A stretch of DNA of 64,000 nucleotides from Geosiphon pyriformis uo1 (taxonomy: Eukaryota; Fungi; Glomeromycota), in the NCBI GenBank assembly GCA_016748015.1, contig JAAOMT010000597.1, forward strand, positions 186,001-250,000. Reading direction: 5' to 3'. The notes beneath the pieces are model-generated. The model saw nothing but the letters and a program-made list of their open reading frames with translations, did not search any database and was not told the DNA's origin. How positions within the stretch are numbered: the stretch's first letter is position 1; every line of letters begins with the position of its first letter. Both the position numbers and the translations under genes were made by a program. Positions 50,987 to 62,000 of the stretch are shown in pieces.

Positions 50987-51859
50987 TGTTATGATTTAAG
51001 AATTTAGCAAAAGAATCATAAAAATAATATAAACTATTCAATCATAATATAGTGCAGTAATAATCTTAGAAAGATAATAATTAACATAGTAGCAAACACC
51101 ATCTTGTAATAGTGGCAAGCACCAGTTCATAATAGCAGACAACACCAACTGGTAATAGCAGCAAACACCAAGTTGAAATATCAAAAAGAAAGTATTACAA
51201 TGTGTTTTCTCATAGAACTACAAATATGTATATATACAGTAGCTTTAATATTAAGAAAAAAAAATCAAGTAATAAAAATCATAACTTATCAAGCAATAAA
51301 TCTAATTTATCCAACAAACTCCACTTTAAATTGTACCTTTAAATTAAATATCTCAAGAAACCTTTAAATCAAAAAGAAATGAAAAAAAATATTTAAACTG
51401 AATTATCACAACCCCAAAGTAGTAAGAAACTCACTTGTATTAATTATTGAATGAAACTATCATTCATCAGTTGAATTTCTTGGAAAAATAATCCCTAATC
51501 AAAATTATTTATGTTGTTACTAATTGATAAAAGCTTTATTGTAAGAATTAGGAAAAGCGCTAAAGGCCATTAACATTCCATGTTTCTAGATTAGAGAAAC
51601 ACATCAGGCAATTGCAAGAATAGTCTCAAAGAAGACCCCAGACAGCAGGTAAATTTCAGATTAGCCTCTGAAAAGGAATACATAAACACACACAACAATC
51701 AGGAATTGAGAAATAACTTACATTGTGACATTAAAGAGAAAGCCTTTAGTATACCAGTGACATTATTATACAAATAGAATTGAGAAATTCATGAGAGACT
51801 GATTGCAATTAAAACAGAATATCAGCAATTAAATATACCAAGAAAACCATCCTGTAACA
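50987..51859 (+). repeat. F 3' LTR
   Basis: TGTTA...GTAACA after the PPT. Confidence 0.95.
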
Positions 51860-51863
51860 ATAA

Positions 51864-53693
51864 GTAGAATAGATATACCAGTTAATATGACAGAAAAAGA
51901 AATTGTTGACAAGAAAGAAATTATCTCCACCCATCAATTAATTTCTATTTTATTTATAACCAGTACATGCTAGCTATAGAGAGAAAAGTGAAGAATTAGG
52001 TTCAGATTTTTGAGACAGAAGCAACACTGTGTGAATCAGGAAAGATTGGATTAGTCAATCTACATATACCAGCCAAAAACCACAGTTACATTAAAATTTC
52101 CATTTACAACAACATAGGAGATGTTATCAAGATACCAGAAAAGACCACCATTAGATATTTAACCACCAAAATCAAAAACCAACCACCAAATCCCATCCCA
52201 GATTTTCCACAACTGTGTAGATATGTGGATATTACATCACAAACAATATACAGATAAAAAAAATGTTATCTGTTTCAACCAAAACAATTGGAACAAATAA
52301 ACTTGAGAAATCTAGACCCACTATAATAGATACAGCTTAAGATGTTATTCAACAATTTTAATAACATCTTTGCCAGTGAAAATGAATTTGGCAAAACTGA
52401 TATAATCTAGTACCAGATTAAGACTGAAAATGTAATGCCAATCAAACAAAGAGCATACTGAGTACTACCAACCAGTCATAAGATTATTTGTTAAGAAATC
52501 AATCGGATGCTTGACAATGGGCTAATTCAGTCATCAATGAGTCTATGGTCATTACCAGTAATACTAGTTCATAAGAAAAATGGGAAAATTTGCTTTTGTG
52601 TAGGTTACCAGAAACTGAATAAAGTAATAAAGAGAGATAGCTACCTGACTTCAAGATTCAAGAACTGTTCAACACTTTTGGAAGAAAAAAATAGTTTTTA
52701 ACTTTAAACTTAGACAGTGGTTACTGGCAAGTAGCCATAAAACCAGAAGACAAAGAGAAAACAGCTTTTACAACTTAAGAAGGAAATTTTGAATTTGAAG
52801 TTATGCCATTTGGCTTGATGAATACTCTTGTTACATTTCAACAGCTTATGGAATTGTCTATACTAAACTGTTATGGAAATCAGTAGTTGTATATTTAAAT
52901 GACACCAACATGTTTTCAAAACATTCAATAATTATTTACACTATCTTCAACAAGTATTTGAAAGACTAAGAAAAGCTGGATTAAAATTAAATACAACCAA
53001 GTGTTTTTTTGGAAAAACTGAACTCAAGTTTTTGGAACATGTTGTAAGCAAAAATGGTATCAAAATGGATCCAGATAAGATTAAGATTGTTAAGAACTTT
53101 TCAGTACCAAATAATCTTACAGAATTAAGAGCATTCTTAGAATTTGCTGGATACTATTGCCACTTTATCAAAGACTTTTCTAAAATAGCTCAATTACTAC
53201 ACCAACTCCAAACAAAGAACACCAAATACAAATGAACTAAAACTCAACAAAAAGCCTTTGACACATTAAGAAGAAAACTTATTCAAGCCCCAGTATTAAT
53301 CTATCCAGACCACCACAAACTATTTATCATTATCACTAATGCATCTGGTCAAGCATTAGAAGTAGTACTATTGCAAAAAAGACTGGATGGACAAAAACAC
53401 CCAGTAACTTATGTCAGCAGAAGCTTAAGTTCAACTAAAAGAAACTATGAAACTCCAGCATTAGAACATTTAGCAATTTATTGGGCAGTCATAAAATGGA
53501 AAGAATACTTGAGTCAAAAGTTTAATGTATATACTGATCATAAAGAACTGACTTCAATCCAGAAGCAAAAATTTGGAGATGATCATTATGCTAGATGGAA
53601 AATAGAACTTTTATCATTTAATTATATAGTACATTACAAAAAAGAAAAAAAAATAGAAATGCTAATGGCTTGTCACAAATAAGACAAATCTAA
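51864..53693 (+). pseudogene. pol: D ORF1 part 4: post-dUTPase domain, RT, RNase H; conserved TAA 53691
   Basis: GFGSM|GRIDIP rejoins across F; RT and RNase H motifs as in B. Confidence 0.9.
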
Positions 53694-53723
53694 AAACATT
53701 TCAACCCAAAAATATAACAAAAA

Positions 53724-55107
53724 ATGAATATACAAAAATATTAACAACTTTAACACTATATTAATACTCAGCAGTTCAAGAAAAAATTATTTCCAAAGGA
53801 ATGAAGCCATATCAAACAACAATCCAAATACTTTATTACTTACCAAAATATATTTTATTAAAAAAACAGAAAGAATTCAGATTAACCAACCCGAGTAATC
53901 ACAGAACCAGAAAAAAAAACAATATTAATCAACATGCATTCAGATCCAACAGCAGGACATTTTTACAAAGAAGCAACCATAGAAAGAACCAAAAAAAGAT
54001 ATTTTTGGCCATCAATGTATCTAAACATTATCTAATATGTTCAAAATTGTGATACTTGTCAGAAAAGAGGAGGAACAAAACCCAGTAAACCATTGAGACT
54101 AATAAAAGTAGAACAATCATTCAATTATATTGGAATCAACTTAGTCAAACCACTAATAATTACTAGCAGAAACAACAGATATATTACAGTAGCCATGAAC
54201 TATCTTACTAAATAGCCAGAAGCAAAAGCCATTCAAAGAGCAAATGCAGAATTCATTGTTGAATTTGTTCATTAAGATTTGATCTGTTGACATGGATGTC
54301 CAAAAGAACTATTATTAGACCAAGAAACTTACTTTGTAAATAGAACATTGACAGAATTAAAATCAAAGATTTGAGATAAAAAAACCATTATCATTACCAT
54401 ACTATCCACAAACAAATGAGTTAGTTGAAAGGTTTAACAGAACATTGTGTAAAGCAATTGCCAAAATCAGCCAAGAAAACCAAAACAAATAAGATTTGTT
54501 CATATCATCAGTATTATTTGCATATTAGACAATGAAGCAAAACACTATACAAGCAACACTATTTGAATTAGTATATGGTAGAACAGCAACACTACCAGTT
54601 AAGATAGAAGTCAAAACATATCCAACAGAACCAATAACAAAAGAAAATTTTCAAAAAACATTGTTAAAAAGAACATATGACTTAATAGAAACATTAGAAA
54701 ACAAATAGCAAAAAACAGCTAATAACATCCAAAAATCACAAAAAAAACAAAAAAAAAGACATGATAACCAACTACAAGATAAACCAATTGAATTTAAGAT
54801 TGAAGACAAAGTACTTCTACATCATACTAAAGCAGAAAAACAATGGAGTGGAAAATTTGATTCCAAATAGGATGAACTATTTCACATAGAAAAAATTCTT
54901 GGAAATAGAACTTATAAATTAAAGTTAAACAACAAAATTTTAACCAAAGCAACACATAGAGATTGACTGAAACTATATCAAAATATAGTATCAGCATTCA
55001 CCAATAATATTTTACAACTGAAAGCACAGAGAATACTAGTTCAATTAGATGAGATTTTATAAGATCTAAAACCAATCATAATCATTAAACCAAACATGTT
55101 AAATTGA
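53724..55107 (+). pseudogene. D integrase, separate ORF (3' end approximate)
   Basis: ATG at 53724; colinear with B2 integrase. Confidence 0.87.
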
Positions 55108-55163
55108 ACAACCAAAGGAGTATATAAAGACACAGTATACATGACAAAGACAACAAAAAGAAA

Positions 55164-55793
55164 ATGGAAATTACCAACAACATACACACACTGGTACAAC
55201 AATTTTTTCAACTGATTCAATAACAGAATATGAAAATTACTATCAACCAACAAACTATTCAATATTGAGATACCAAGAAAATATGCCAATACAAAGTACA
55301 GAAGAAACCAGAAAGCACTGTCAACAAAATAATTCTAAAAGTAAAAATGACAATAAAAAAACCAACAAATATCACTCTATATCAAGAAGTAACTAAAGAA
55401 ACTTGGAAGTAGTGAATACAACAATTTTCAAGGAACTTTTGTTATTTTTACTTGAGACAATATCTAAATATCTGAAACTTATATATGGATAAGACAAAAC
55501 AATTATTTAATCCAAAGATACTACAATAATTTGAACAATTTGTGCGAAAAAACAATCTAACCACACAAGTATGAGCCATATATTGATTACAAATTGGATT
55601 TCAGGACCAACCCGAAATCTTATTCAATCCAGCAATCAACTCCATTACTGTTAACCAAATGAGAAAAATAATTAATGCCTAATTTGAAGAATTACAGAAC
55701 AAGATAACACAAGTAATTCTTGAAAAAAAAGTTCAAAAAATACTCAAAGACAGAGAATTAGAATTAGGAGATCTCAACAGAGCTCAATATTAA
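55164..55793 (+). pseudogene. D ORF3, decayed and divergent from B ORF3
   Basis: MEITNNIHTLVQQ...FCYFYL..YLNI...RAQY*. Confidence 0.78.
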
Positions 55794-55806
55794 AAGGAGA
55801 AAAAAA

Positions 55807-56197
55807 TGTTACTTATAAAATATAGAAAGTATATTAGCATAAATTAGCCAATTAGAAATAGCTATAGTAGATATGAAATTCTAGGATTCCTCTCAAAAGG
55901 AATTACAAGATTCTAGGAATTTCAGGATTCTTATACAAAGAATTACAGAATTCCAGAATTCCAAGATTCTTCTTAAAGAGATTGTAGAATTTCAGAAATT
56001 CTAGGATTCCTGGTGTAAAGAATTAAGAAATTGAGAAATCTCAATTATGTATATATAACAGTAGCATTAGAAGAAAAAAAGACAGATTTTTTAGTTTAGA
56101 TTTAATAAAAACAATCTTCCTATTTACAAAAATCAATAAATAACTATTCACTATATTAAATCCACTTTTCACTATTGACTCTTCATGTTGATAATAA
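55807..56197 (+). repeat. D 3' LTR, 5' portion (interrupted by H)
   Basis: Matches 15896-~16315. Confidence 0.9.
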
Positions 56198-56877
56198 TGT
56201 TATGGTTGAAACCCATAATTTTTATTAGTTATCACATGTATTAGCCACTGATGTTACATAAATAGCCACTCTATTTTAGATAGTGATCATTGACCTGATT
56301 ATTGACTTGATTATTGATCTGATTATTGACCTAGTCATTGACCTGGTCATTGACCACTTTCAATAGCTATATAAACAATGAGTCTCTTAGCTGTAGAGAA
56401 TCATCTTTTAGACAAGAATCAAATAAATAAAAATAACAACTTTCATCTCAATCACTCTCTTATTGCTAATTTCCCTTTCCCTACTTTCAAGTATCCAAAC
56501 ATCTTAGGATAAAAGATTACTTGTTGGCCTTTTCCTGTTTGAATAATTGTAGTATTTGAAGACTATTTGTATAAACATGACTGAAAAGCACAAGTTGATA
56601 TCTGATATTGAATTCTAAGAGCACCAACATGAAGGCATAGAATTAATACCAACAGTGATCAATTGTTGACAGTACAGACTATCCCTCTACCTTCAAATTC
56701 CCTTGTTACTTTTTGAAAAGAATAGTGATTGAGATATTTTATGAAACTGATCTTGCACATTGAATCCATACTTATTCAATTCGCTCTTTAAAGTTGAATT
56801 CACCTTTAATTATTTCTATCACCCTACAATCCTGTTCTCTCTTGCTATCCATTAGCTTGTTACTCCAACCTGTAACA
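56198..56877 (+). repeat. H 5' LTR with 12-bp tandem repeats (ATTGACCTGATT-like, ~56285-56356)
   Basis: TGTTA...TGTAACA, TATATAA, AATAAA, followed by a PBS; partner LTR not in window. Confidence 0.85.
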
Positions 56878-56929
56878 TAAAAGTGGTGCTCCCTGTAAGG
56901 TTGTCAAAATTCACTTATTCCCTCATTGT

Positions 56930-58483
56930 ATGGGTGATTACTCATATCTGCCACAGCAATCAGAAGAACACTTTGCAGCACACAACAGAAATGACCTAGA
57001 TTTTATTGAACTTAATCCTCTGCCTTCCTGCTTGATCTGCTTTCCCATTGAAGAACAATTTAGCAGACAATTCCAAGACTTTTGGAACTGGTTCTTGAAT
57101 GACTATTCAGCTGAAACCTATACAACTTATACAACCTATTACTTTGATCAAGCTTATTTTGAAGATAACTTTGAAGAAAGAAACAACAGTATCAATCAGC
57201 TCTTATATTCTACAATCTTTGAACAACAGCCCTCTGATTTCGAATATCTGAATTATCAAATTCACATTTGGATTGCTGCTCATCAATCAACAGTAACTCC
57301 TCGTAAAACAAAAGAAAAAAGCTACCAAACAGCCCCTATTTTTGATCTCTTCTTAAGTGAATCAGAGCACTCCACACAAACAGTAACTCCTGAACCAATG
57401 GTCCAAGATCCAATGCAAGTAAACATTCTGGCCGCCTTTTAAGGCATACAACCTGCTTTGGGATGAAAAAACAACACCCCACTACCCCTATTCAAAGGTG
57501 ATGTCCAAGATCTAATTGAATGGTTGGACAATTTTGAAAGAGCAGCCACTGCAAACCAGTATGATGATGAATACAAGTTCCAAATCATTGGTGGTTACCT
57601 CCAAGGCTCCCCTGCTACCTGGTTTTCACAAAAAACCAATGCTGGTACTTAACAAAAAATTGTTAGATGGACCCCAGCAAATATCAGAGAAAACAACACC
57701 TCTTTCACTACCCAGTTTGAAAACAAATTCAGAACCCCCATCTTAATATCCAAATAGCATATGGAATTAGAAAGAAGAATCCAAAGTTCTGGTGAAATTG
57801 TGACTGAATATACCAAAGCAATCAGAAAACTCATCAAGCATATAGACTCTGATAGAAACTGGACTGAAGAGCAAAAGATCCACTCCTTTACAAAAGGATT
57901 GAGAACTGATTTATCGTATGCTCTTTGGCCTCTCTTGGCTTTAAAAAATAATCCCACCATGGATATGGCTATTGAACTTGCCCAAAGAATTGAAGACAAT
58001 CAAAGAATGCATTTGGGATCCACACTTCCAGTTTTTGCTCCTGCTTCTGTTATGGCTCCTACTCCTCAAATAGCTGCTACTTCTTTTGCTGCCCAGACAC
58101 AAGACCCAAATGAATAATTAATAAATAGACTTACAGCAAATCTTGCTCGGCTATTAGAACCATTAGCCCAAGCAGTCAGAGATAACCAGAAACCACAAAG
58201 ACCCAGATTTGAAAACTGTTTTAATCAGCCTCAGCAACCCCCTTACCAAAGACAGCAAAATCGTGGCCCTCCTGTGTATTATAGATATGGATTAACTGGA
58301 CATTTTTCCAGAGATTGCAACAATCCTCCACTGTTTCCTCCAGCTCCCAGAAACAATAACAACCAAAACAACAGACCCAACAACAACAACAATGTCCCTA
58401 ATTAAAGACCCAATCATGCCAACATCAATTTTTTTGGAGAGGATTCTCTAGTTGAAGCCACTGTTTATCAGCCTTTAAACTGA
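56930..58483 (+). pseudogene. gag: H gag, decayed
   Basis: ATG start, capsid-like Q..GE.V.EY, decayed CCHC (YYRYGLTGHFSRDC); ends YQPLN*. Confidence 0.85.
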
Positions 58484-58515
58484 TAGGCACACCTCCAAAG
58501 AATGAGAGTGCAAGC
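58474..58515 (+). promoter_or_regulatory. Putative -1 ribosomal frameshift signal of H (T TTA AAC plus downstream stem)
   Basis: Heptamer in correct phase directly before the gag TGA; the -1 frame is the pol frame; GCAC..CTC/GAG.GTGC stem 5-6 nt downstream. Confidence 0.75.
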
Positions 58516-60979
58516 CAATCAGAAGAAAACCTCTTTTATGCTTTTAACTTAACTGATGATGACCATTATATAGATGAACTAGCAATCAACACTTTAGAAC
58601 CAACCAGAAAGAAAAAGAAAGCCAAGGTTGATTTCGTTCTAGACCCCAACAAAGCCTCAACTTCTGCCACTGATAACAATGAGCCACCAAAGTTTAAAGT
58701 TTTTAAGAATCCTCCAAAGTTGGAACCCCCAGAAATTGTACAAAAATTTGGACCCTATTCCATTGTCAAAGATTTCATGAAAACCCCAGCACATATTACT
58801 TTTGGCCAGTTAATGACCCACCCACAGTTTAGAAAAAATCTTTGCAAATCCTTGATTCCAAAAAAGAAGACACCAAAAACCAACAAGTGTCTTCGCCAAG
58901 CTGGACTTGCTGACAACAGCAATGTCACTCCTCTGATTTGTAAAGCCCAAGTGGCTGGATACTTCATTGACTTAATTCTGGACAGTGGATTATCTGTTAG
59001 TGTCATTGCCAAACACTTCTTGAAAGCAATTGGTAAAAAGATTGATGAACCTTCCACCAGACCAATGACCAACGTACATGGTGACAAAAAGAAAAGACTG
59101 GGTATTGCCAAAGCTGTTCCTGTCCACATTAATGGAATCAGCATTGAAACTAACATGGAAGTTTCTGAAGCCAAGGAATACATCATTATTGTTGGCAATG
59201 AATGGCTCAAGAAAGCAAAAGCTTTGCTTGATTATGAACTTTGTGAATTAACCATCAGATGTGGTGAGAAACCCATTGTGGTTAGGTGTTATCATTGGAC
59301 AACTTCCCCAGTATTCAAACAAAACCAAGAAAAAAAACAATCAGATGATGAAGAGAGCAATGAAGAAGAAGAACAAGAAGAGCAAAAAAAAACTGCTGAA
59401 CTCGCCTATACCACCTTCACCAGCAATGACAAACCACTGAACAATATTAAAGCAAACAAAGAAGGAATCATTGTAAATGACAAGCTAATCTGCTGGCCTT
59501 ATTATAATATTCTTAGAAGAACCTTTGAAAGAAAACCTGGCAAGAAAGCCAAATACAGTTTTTGGTGGCATGGTTTTTGTGCCCAGTGTTAGTGCAACAA
59601 ACCCTTGTATTCTCCAAGTGATAAATGCAAATCATGCCTGATCTATTACAGAGATTGGAAACCAATCAGTTTGATATTCAGAGAAAAATTGAAAGAAGTA
59701 CAGAAGTTCTTTAAAAATGAACCACTTGAGATCCAATTACTGGTTTTAGAACAAAAAGAACCCTCTCCAGAAGAAAGAAAAATAGACATTGAAAATTTGC
59801 TGGCTAGAAATAGTCCAGTTATCTCCAAAGAAGGTGATACCCCTGGACATACCCATGTGATACAACACACTATCACCACCAGAGAAACTCAACCCATCCA
59901 TTTGAAGCCTTATCAATTCAATCAGCACAATAATGAATTTATCAAGAAAGAGATAAACCAGATGAAAGAACTTGGATTTATACAAAAAACCAAGAGTGAA
60001 TGGGCTTTCCCAGTTGTAGTGGTATCTAAGAAAGGTGGAACACTATGCTTCTGTGTCAACTACTGCCAATTAAATACCATCACTGAAAGAGATATGTACC
60101 CACTTCCCAAGATTGATACAATGTTAGACCAATTTAAAGATGCTGCTTTCTTCTCAATTATTGACTTAACTGCTGGATTCTGGCAAGTAAAAATGAATTC
60201 AGAAAGCAGAAAGAAAACTGCCTTCATCACCAAGTATGGCACCTATGAATTCACAGTTATGTCTTTTGGTCTCACCAACGCCCCTCCCATCTTTCAATGC
60301 TTAATGGATAAAGTATTTGAATCAGTTAAGGAAAACTTTGTTCTAGTCTATTTGGACGACATAATGGTATACTCAAAAACCTGGGATGAACATCTGGAAC
60401 ATTTGCAAAAGGTTTTTGACCTTTTCAGAAATGCTGGTCTCAAGATCAATCCAATCAAATCTTTCTTTGGAAGACAATCCACCCAGTTCCTTGGTCATCT
60501 TATTACAAAAAATGGAATCTTTCCTAACCCAGCCAAAGTTGAAAAAGTCTAAAACATCAAACAACCAATAAACATTCATAAACTATGCTCTTTTCTTGGT
60601 TTGGTCTCTTATTATTGCAAATTTGTTAAGGATTTCTCCAAAATCGCCTCTCCTCTCAATCAACTACTCAGAAAAAATGTCAATTACCATTGGGGAACAC
60701 ATCAGCAAAAAGTCTTTGAAACTTTAAAGGAAAAACTGGTTACAGAACCCATCCTTAAGCAACCTAATCTAAATTGACTCTTTATTCTCCACACTGATGT
60801 ATCTGGCTTTGGACTTGGTGCTGTTCTCTTCCAGAAAGATGAAAATGGCAAAGAACATATCATAGCCTATGCCAGTAGAACCCTTTCTCCAGCAGAACAG
60901 AACTATTCAGTTACTGAACAAGAATGCTTAGCAGTAGTATGGTTGGCTGCACAACAAAAAGAGGCTAGAACACAAATGA
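58480..60979 (+). pseudogene. pol: H pol: protease, short Cys-rich linker, RT, partial RNase H
   Basis: LILDSG, AGFWQ, VYLDDI, HTD.SG, ECLAVVW. Confidence 0.92.
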
Positions 60980-61938
60980 TGTTATGCATAGAAATATAGG
61001 AAATATATTAGCATAAGTAATAGCCAATTAGAAGTAGGTGTAGTAAATGTGGAATTCCAAAATTCCTCTCAGAAATTGCAGAATTCCAGGAATTTCAGGA
61101 TTCCCCGATGAGAAATCGCAGGATTCCAGAATTCCAAAATTCCTCTCAAAGAAATCACAGGATTCCAGGAATTCCAGGATTCTTGTCATAAAGAATTGAG
61201 GAATTGAGGAATCTCAATTATATATATATAGCAGCAGAATTAAAAGCTAAAAAAAGAGACCTCTCAGTTTAGATTTAATCTAAGCAACATTCCAGTTCCC
61301 AATCATCAAATAAATAATTATTTCATATCTCAATCCACTCTCTATTATCAACACTTCATGTTGATAGTAATTGATACTTAACCATGCTGAAACAATAGCT
61401 CTTGATTATGGCTATTGACGAGATACTAATGTACCAAATTGTCTTGGCATATTTCTTCTATTTTCTTTATTTTATTTTCATTGTTTTATTTTCTTTCTTT
61501 TTGATTTTGTTGTTGTGTACTAATTGATTAAAAGATTAAGCACTGAATTATTGACGTCAAGGATAACCTGGTAAAAGACCCAGAAATAAGGGTAGGATTT
61601 TTATATATTATTGGATAGCTTACCAGAAGAGCACAACTGTCAGACTAAATCCGGCCACTATGCTGAGAAAGAAATTGAGAAAACTCTTGGAAGGATACAT
61701 CTACTATTGACACTATTGAATCTCTGTCTATTATACAAAAGACTCCATTAAAACTTTCAGATAACAATACCTTCAGATAACAAAACCTTTAGATAACAAT
61801 ACCTTCAGATAACAATACCTTTAGATAACAATACCTTCAGATACAACACTTGCAGAACCTCATCTACGAAAGTAGCTTTTGAGCACCAAGTTATGGGTTT
61901 GTTATTTAATTCAACAGCAGAAATAATCACCTGTAACA
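60980..61938 (+). repeat. I 5' LTR
   Basis: TGTTA...TGTAACA, D-type U3 repeats. Confidence 0.9.
61754..61843 (+). repeat. 16-bp tandem repeat CCTTCAGATAACAATA, about six copies
   Basis: Directly visible. Confidence 0.9.
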
Positions 61939-62000
61939 TTTGGTGCTCCCTGTAAAGTATAATCTTACAGAGAACCAGCACCAACAAACACCATTCAAAA

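Larger units (their letters stand above)
32237..51859 (+). mobile_element. Element F: full-length dUTPase-bearing element (family F), inserted in D and interrupted by G
   Basis: LTRs 32237-33111 and 50987-51859; TSD ATGG/ATAA; PBS-like TTTGGTGAATCC; PPT GAAAGAAGGGGA. Confidence 0.93.
15896..56197 (+). mobile_element. Element D: B-related element split by B2, E, F/G and H; rest of its 3' LTR lies beyond the window
   Basis: Matching LTR starts at 15896 and 55807; coding sequence rejoins across each insertion. Confidence 0.9.
56198..60979 (+). mobile_element. Element H: distinct Ty3/gypsy family without dUTPase, interrupted by I
   Basis: LTR 56198-56877, PBS TGGTGCTCCCTGTAAGG, gag, PR, RT (VYLDD), RNase H. 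Confidence 0.9.

Noticed and set aside
58755-59210. Antisense or alternative-frame ORFs over protease and gag (also 6256-6549, 18593-18940, 43878-44222)
   Set aside because: Shadows of the main coding frame, with variable ends and no independent motifs.
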